This document shows, one piece after another, positions 59,102-64,000 of a stretch of DNA of 64,000 nucleotides. Origin of the DNA: an uncultured Acidobacteriota bacterium (lineage in GTDB: Bacteria; Acidobacteriota; Thermoanaerobaculia; Multivoradales; UBA5704). A program made the position numbers and the translations under genes. The stretch covers positions 768,001-832,000 of the forward strand of contig CAVYRF010000002.1 in NCBI GenBank assembly GCA_963770895.1, in the 5' to 3' direction. Positions within the stretch are counted from its first letter, which is position 1, and each line of letters starts with the position of its first letter. A model generated the notes under the pieces. It was not told the DNA's origin and made no database searches. It worked only from the letters and a program-made list of their open reading frames with translations.

Positions 59102-59127
59102 GGATACTGCCCTCCGGAGCGCGCGCC

Positions 59128-61374
59128 CTATTTGGACGCGGGAGCGCTGGCGATGGTGAACGGGGACGTCGCGGTGTGCGGGCCGCTGGCGCTGTTGACG
59201 GTGACGACCAGGCGATAGTCCCCCGGCGCCAGGCCGGCGGGAGGCTTGAAGGAAGCCTGGTAGACGTCGGGGTTGGTGCCGGAGCCGGGCACCTCGCCGC
59301 GCACGCGGATGCTGCAGGCGCCCATGTCGCGGCCGTCGGCGCTCTGTAGCTTGGCCTCCGTCTTCAGGTCCTGGCCCAGGTTGTACCCCATCAGCGCCAC
59401 CGGCGTTTCGGCGCCCGGCGCCAGCGCCGGCAGCGAAGCGGGGACGTAGGCCTGCTGGCCGACGTGGAACGGATAGGCGGTGTCCTTCTGCTGGCCGCGC
59501 GGCGTCTCGCGCACCACCGACCAGCGGCCGCCCGCCTCGGGGAAGAGCGGCGGCAGCAGCACGCCCGCGTCGGCGGCGAACCGCGGCACGGTCATGAACA
59601 CCGTGCGCTTGCCGAAAGCACCGGTGTCGCCGTTGCGCACCAGGCTGCGGATCGCGTAGTCGCCCGGCGGCAGCTCCAGGTGGCCGTAGTACTTGAGACC
59701 GCCCTGGCGCAACGACGCCCCGACCTTCGCCACGTCCACCGCCAGGCGCTGGTTGAAATAGTCCTGGATGATGCCGTTGGCGTCCACGGCGTAGACGTAG
59801 ATCTCGGTAGCCAACGCCTTGTCTCCGGCGCCGGCCAGCAGCGTGGCGCCGTCCGCCTCGACGAACACCGGCACGTACGCCTTGGGCCCCGCGGTGCGGA
59901 ACGGCTCGGCCAGCACCGCCGTGGAGATCGATCCGCCCTGGTTCGAGCCCATCAGCTGGTTGGCCACGGACAGCATCTTTTCCACCGGCCGTTGCTGGTT
60001 GAAGGGGCGCGGCGAATAGTAGCCGGAGCGGGCGGTGACCTTGGTGCCGCGCGGCGGGTTTTTGAGCTGTACCTTGATCGGGTGGTAGGAGCCGTCCTGC
60101 TTCAGCTCCGGCTGAAAGCTGAGCACGTAGGTGACGCTGGTCTGGTTGGCCATTTTCTCCAGCGCCACGCCCAGGTCGTTGGTGTTGCGGAACACCTCGC
60201 CGCCGGTGTCGTGCGACATCTGCAGCAGCGCCGCCTCGCCGGAGGTCTGCGGCGTGGCGTCCAGGCTCTGGCCGCGCAGCCCGCTGATGTCGAGCGATTC
60301 GATGACGCAGTCGGAGCGGCGGAACTGTTCCAGCATCTTTTCGAGCAGGTTGGCCATCTGCGTGCTGCCGTAGCGCGAGTCGCTGTCGACCGACAGCGAG
60401 CCGCCGTGCATCACCGCGTCGGCCATCGCGTTCTGGCCGTTGGAATCCTCGACGCCCGAAACCACGCCGGTGTCGAAGCCTTCCGACATGAACACCACCA
60501 GCTTGCGGCCCGACACCGCGCTCATCATCCGGGCCAGGTCGGCAAAGGCGCTGGCGAGCGGCCCCACCAGGCTCTTTTGCTGGGCGATCTCGGCGTGCTG
60601 CTGTTCGGCGACTTCGGCGGCCTGGTAGACCATTTCCACCATCATGGCATTTGCCTTGCCGACGTCGACGGTCGATTGGGCGGCGTACGTGCCGCGCTGG
60701 GCGGCCGTGTCGCCGGCCGGCGCCGGGGGCTGCGGCGTGGCATACGCCCCGGCGATGGCATCCAGGCCTGCAATCGCATTGGACGCCGCCAGGCCGCCGG
60801 ACACCAGCGCATCGCTCTGCCCGACCGATGCGGATGCCGTCTGCGCGGTCTGGAACGCTTCGGGGCGGGTGTCCTTTTCGGGAGCGAGAGAGGCGATCAC
60901 CCGGCTCACCTGGTAGAGGTCCGAGGTAAAGCCCAGCAGCAGCTTCAGCCCGGAAACCTGGCTGTAGGTCGCCACGGCCACCAGGTCGGAGGGGGTGAGG
61001 GTATTGACCAGCGACTTCATCACCGCCGCGCGCGCCCGCGCCATCGACTTCAGGCTGGAATTGGCAAAGTCGAAGAGCAGCAGAAAGTGGCGTTTGCCGG
61101 CGGCGGGGATGTCGGCCGACAGGACGCGGTTCTCCGGCGCCGACAGGTCGACGACGTCGAAGCCGGTGATGGGCTGCTGCTTGCGCCCCTCGGTGATGAC
61201 GAAGTCCTCGGCCTTCAGGCCGCGCACCGGCTGGCCGTCGCGCACCACCTGCACCGGGACCTCCACCACGGTGACCTGCGAGGTGTCGGTGTACTTCTGG
61301 CCGCTTGCGCTGCCGGTCACGAGCAGCGACATCAGGAGACCAATGGTCATCGCACCGCGACGCATTTGGCTCAT
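59128..61374 (-). CDS. Acidobacterial VWFA-related (VWA domain) exported protein
   Basis: Signal peptide, V.V.RDG.PVRGL..EDF...E, GRK.VVF.SEGF, DTGG.....NDL, YVL.F.P...DG.YH.I.V, R.GYY. Confidence 0.88.
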   Translation of the reverse strand: MSQMRRGAMTIGLLMSLLVTGSASGQKYTDTSQVTVVEVPVQVVRDGQPVRGLKAEDFVITEGRKQQPITGFDVVDLSAPENRVLSADIPAAGKRHFLLLFDFANSSLKSMARARAAVMKSLVNTLTPSDLVAVATYSQVSGLKLLLGFTSDLYQVSRVIASLAPEKDTRPEAFQTAQTASASVGQSDALVSGGLAASNAIAGLDAIAGAYATPQPPAPAGDTAAQRGTYAAQSTVDVGKANAMMVEMVYQAAEVAEQQHAEIAQQKSLVGPLASAFADLARMMSAVSGRKLVVFMSEGFDTGVVSGVEDSNGQNAMADAVMHGGSLSVDSDSRYGSTQMANLLEKMLEQFRRSDCVIESLDISGLRGQSLDATPQTSGEAALLQMSHDTGGEVFRNTNDLGVALEKMANQTSVTYVLSFQPELKQDGSYHPIKVQLKNPPRGTKVTARSGYYSPRPFNQQRPVEKMLSVANQLMGSNQGGSISTAVLAEPFRTAGPKAYVPVFVEADGATLLAGAGDKALATEIYVYAVDANGIIQDYFNQRLAVDVAKVGASLRQGGLKYYGHLELPPGDYAIRSLVRNGDTGAFGKRTVFMTVPRFAADAGVLLPPLFPEAGGRWSVVRETPRGQQKDTAYPFHVGQQAYVPASLPALAPGAETPVALMGYNLGQDLKTEAKLQSADGRDMGACSIRVRGEVPGSGTNPDVYQASFKPPAGLAPGDYRLVVTVNSASGPHTATSPFTIASAPASK

Positions 61375-61446
61375 ACTGCCTCCTCTTTGCGATTGTCTAC
61401 GCGACAGACTACCACAAAAACACAATCGACACACAAAAAGGGCAAT

Positions 61447-62526
61447 TCAGATGTTGTCTAATGGAGGAGGCGAGGTGGGCGACGGGGCCGCCGCACCGGC
61501 AGGCTTGCAGCAGGGGCCGCCTTCGGGAGCGATCGGCAGGCCGTGCGGACAGCTGGCGGGGTGGCCAAGAAAGGCACACACCTGGTCCTCGAAGCCGGCC
61601 GCCACCGGCGCGGCGCGGCCGCACTGCGGCGACACCGCGCCCGGCGCCAGGGTGCGGGCCAGCAGCGCTTCGGCCAGACGCACCCGCCGCACCGCCGCCG
61701 CCGCCAGGACGCGCCCGCGCTCGGTAAAGGCGATGCGGCCGCCGGCGAAGGCCAGCAGCCCCTGTGCCAGCAGGTCGGCGACGCCGCGGCCGGTGACCGC
61801 GACGGTGCGCTGCTCCTCGGCCAGGGTGCGCCACAGGTCCACCAGCACCAGCTGCAGCTCGGGGCTGCCGGTGTCGTCCAGCTTGGCCAGCCGGCCGTGT
61901 TCCAGGCGCAGCTCGCGGCCCGCCCGCGCCGCGATCGTGGGGTCGTGGGTCACCAGGATGAGGGTATGGCCGCGCCGGTGCAGGTCCTCCAGCAGGGTCA
62001 TGACCACCGCTTCGTTGACCGCGTCCAGGTTGCCGGTCGGCTCGTCGGCAAGAATGAGCGGCGGCTGATTGATCAGCGCGCGGGCGATGCAGACCCGCTG
62101 CTGCTCGCCGCCGGACAGCTCGCTCGGCAGGTGGTCCAGGCGGTCGCCCAGACCGACGCGCCGCAGTGCACCTTCGGCTTCGCCACGGTCGGTGATGCTG
62201 TGGACGTACTGCGCCAGCATGACGTTTTCGAGCGCCGTCAGGTAGGGGATCAGGTGGAACTGCTGGAACACCAGGCCGACCGTCTGCTGGCGGTAGCGCG
62301 CCAGGTCGCGGTTGCCCAGCCCCACCAGGTCCACGCCGCCCACCAGCACCTGCCCTTCGGACGGCCGGTCCAGGCCGGCGAGCACGTTGAGCAGGGTGGT
62401 CTTGCCCGATCCCGAGGGGCCGGTGACCGCCACCCACTCGCCGGGGGCGATGCGCAGCGACAGGTCGTCGAGCGCCAGCAGCGACCCGAACCGCCGCGTC
62501 AAGCCCGCGATCTCGACCAGTGACAT
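61447..62526 (-). CDS. MacB/LolD-type ABC ATPase fused to a DtxR-like C-terminal domain
   Basis: GPSGSGKT, LSGGEQQR, ADEPTGNLD, VTHD; then T.RG...A...VRR.RLAE and FLGHP..CPHG.PI. Confidence 0.9.
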   Translation of the reverse strand: MSLVEIAGLTRRFGSLLALDDLSLRIAPGEWVAVTGPSGSGKTTLLNVLAGLDRPSEGQVLVGGVDLVGLGNRDLARYRQQTVGLVFQQFHLIPYLTALENVMLAQYVHSITDRGEAEGALRRVGLGDRLDHLPSELSGGEQQRVCIARALINQPPLILADEPTGNLDAVNEAVVMTLLEDLHRRGHTLILVTHDPTIAARAGRELRLEHGRLAKLDDTGSPELQLVLVDLWRTLAEEQRTVAVTGRGVADLLAQGLLAFAGGRIAFTERGRVLAAAAVRRVRLAEALLARTLAPGAVSPQCGRAAPVAAGFEDQVCAFLGHPASCPHGLPIAPEGGPCCKPAGAAAPSPTSPPPLDNI

Positions 62527-62538
62527 GCCGGCGCCCCC

Positions 62539-63396
62539 TCACTCGCCCCGCAGCACGCCGGCCGCGTCCAGCCGCTCGATCCGCGCCAGCGCCGCCGACA
62601 GCGACAGCCCCACCACCACCAGTGCCACCCCCACCGCCGCCGCCAACCCGGTCCAGGTCGGCTGCAATCCGGCGGCGCCGCCCAGCAGGCGGCTGGACAG
62701 GCCGCCGGCCGCGATCTCGCCCAGCAGCTCGCCGGTGAGCGCCGCGACCAGGGCGACAGCCAACAGCTCGGCGGCGAGCATGCCGCCGATGCGCCGGCCG
62801 GAGTAACCCAGCGCCAGCATCAGCCCGACCTCGACCCGCCGCTCGCCCACCAGGGCCGTGGTGGCAGCGCCCACCGAGAGCACGGCCAGCAGGAACGACA
62901 CCCCCGAGATCGCCACCAGGACCAGGGTGAGGCGGTGGCTGATGCGCGCGTCCGAGGCGGCGGTCTTGAGCAGCGGCGTCACCTCGACCCCCTCCAGGCG
63001 GCCGCCGATGGCCCGCGCCACCGCCGCCAGACGCGCCGGTTCGGCGCGCACTTCGATCCGCGCCAGCTGCGGCTGCGCCGGCGCCTGCCGTGCCGGCGCC
63101 GCGGGCAGGGCGGGCGGGGCGGCCAGGACCGCCACCGGCGTCGCCGCCAGCACGCCCGGTACGGAACGCACCACCGCCAGGGCGTCCGGCGGCATCGCCG
63201 GCGCGCCTCCCACCTGCGGGCGCACCTCCAGGTTGGGGCCGAAGGCCGCCAGCCCGGCGCCCAGGCGGCGGTCGGCGCGCTCCGCGAAGCCCGCCATGGT
63301 GGCGACCGTGCCGGCCGCCACCATCACCGCCACCAGGATCAGCGCCAGCTGCCGCGGGCGGCGCCGGAGGCTGGCCAGGACCAGGCGGGCGATCAC
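62539..63396 (-). CDS. FtsX/MacB-like ABC permease with a short periplasmic domain
   Basis: N-terminal TM, FGPNL.V.P, ERR.EVGL..ALG, C-terminal VLRGE. Confidence 0.85.
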   Translation of the reverse strand: MIARLVLASLRRRPRQLALILVAVMVAAGTVATMAGFAERADRRLGAGLAAFGPNLEVRPQVGGAPAMPPDALAVVRSVPGVLAATPVAVLAAPPALPAAPARQAPAQPQLARIEVRAEPARLAAVARAIGGRLEGVEVTPLLKTAASDARISHRLTLVLVAISGVSFLLAVLSVGAATTALVGERRVEVGLMLALGYSGRRIGGMLAAELLAVALVAALTGELLGEIAAGGLSSRLLGGAAGLQPTWTGLAAAVGVALVVVGLSLSAALARIERLDAAGVLRGE

Positions 63397-64000
63397 GCCG
63401 TCGCTTTCTTGAGCAGCGCCGCGGGGTAGCGCCCCAGCGCCCGCGATACCGGCAGCACGCTAGCCACCACCGCCACCGCCAATCCCATCAGCACGGCGAA
63501 CGGCAGCAGCACCGGGGTCCACGGCACGGCGACGCCCAGCGCGCCGGCCCCCAGCAGGCGCCCGGCGACCAACCCCAGGCCGCCGCCGGCGAGCCCGCCC
63601 AGGCAGCCGAGCAGCGCCGCCTCCGACAGGAAGAACAGCACCACCCGGCGGCGCGCCTCGCCGATCGCCACCAGCAGTCCCGCCTCCAGCCGCCGCTCCA
63701 GGACCGTCGCCGTCATCGCCGCCGTCACCCCGACGGCGGCGCCGGCCAGGGCCACGACGGCCAGCGCCAGCAGCACGCCGCGCAGGCGGCCCAGAACGTC
63801 GGCGGTGGCGCCGGCGACTTCCGTCAGCACCCGCGCCCGCGCCTCGGGCAGCGCCTGCTGCAGCTGGAACGCCACCGACGACGGATAGGCGGTGCAGTAC
63901 CAGGTTTCGTACTCGCGCGGCGTCATGTGCGCCGGGTCGCGCACGTTGCGGCTCTCGGGGTTGGTCTGGGCGTAAATCTCGGCACGCACGAACCGGCCCG
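63393..64000 (-). CDS. FtsX/MacB-like ABC permease, partial (start beyond window)
   Basis: EYETWYCTAYPSS.A.QL, ERR.E.GL..AIG, C-terminal PA..L. Confidence 0.85.
   Translation of the reverse strand, partial: GRFVRAEIYAQTNPESRNVRDPAHMTPREYETWYCTAYPSSVAFQLQQALPEARARVLTEVAGATADVLGRLRGVLLALAVVALAGAAVGVTAAMTATVLERRLEAGLLVAIGEARRRVVLFFLSEAALLGCLGGLAGGGLGLVAGRLLGAGALGVAVPWTPVLLPFAVLMGLAVAVVASVLPVSRALGRYPAALLKKATA

Overview
High-GC bacterial chromosome segment, most likely Acidobacteriota. This is inferred from an ADOP-type permease, an acidobacterial VWFA protein and the general gene content; no taxonomy search was run. The left 5 kb is the edge of an island next to tRNA-Ala(GGC). It holds a class IIC group II intron (90-4579) whose RT gene is frameshifted and split by a complete IS21 element (1792-4419, ACCGCC target duplication), then an XRE regulator with a tandem operator. 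Next come a vapBC pair bracketed by 38-bp hairpin direct repeats, hflX, envelope genes, an ECF sigma/anti-sigma unit and a full rRNA operon on the minus strand with three tandem sigma70 promoters. The rest holds a secreted toxin-like orphan, the pur cluster with hemF, a three-gene Roadblock-like/DUF4388 operon, a peptidase-propeller-Omp85 operon, dprA-topA-trmFO-xerC-hslVU-dapF-tyrS, a degenerate ApbE, two deletion-riddled paralog remnants, and a MacB-type ABC system whose ATPase carries a DtxR-like tail. The strongest candidates for undescribed biology are the secreted toxin-like orphan, the GTPase-less Roadblock module, the repeat-flanked TA cassette, the ApbE pseudoenzyme and the ATPase-DtxR fusion. 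All family assignments come from recalled motifs, not database searches.
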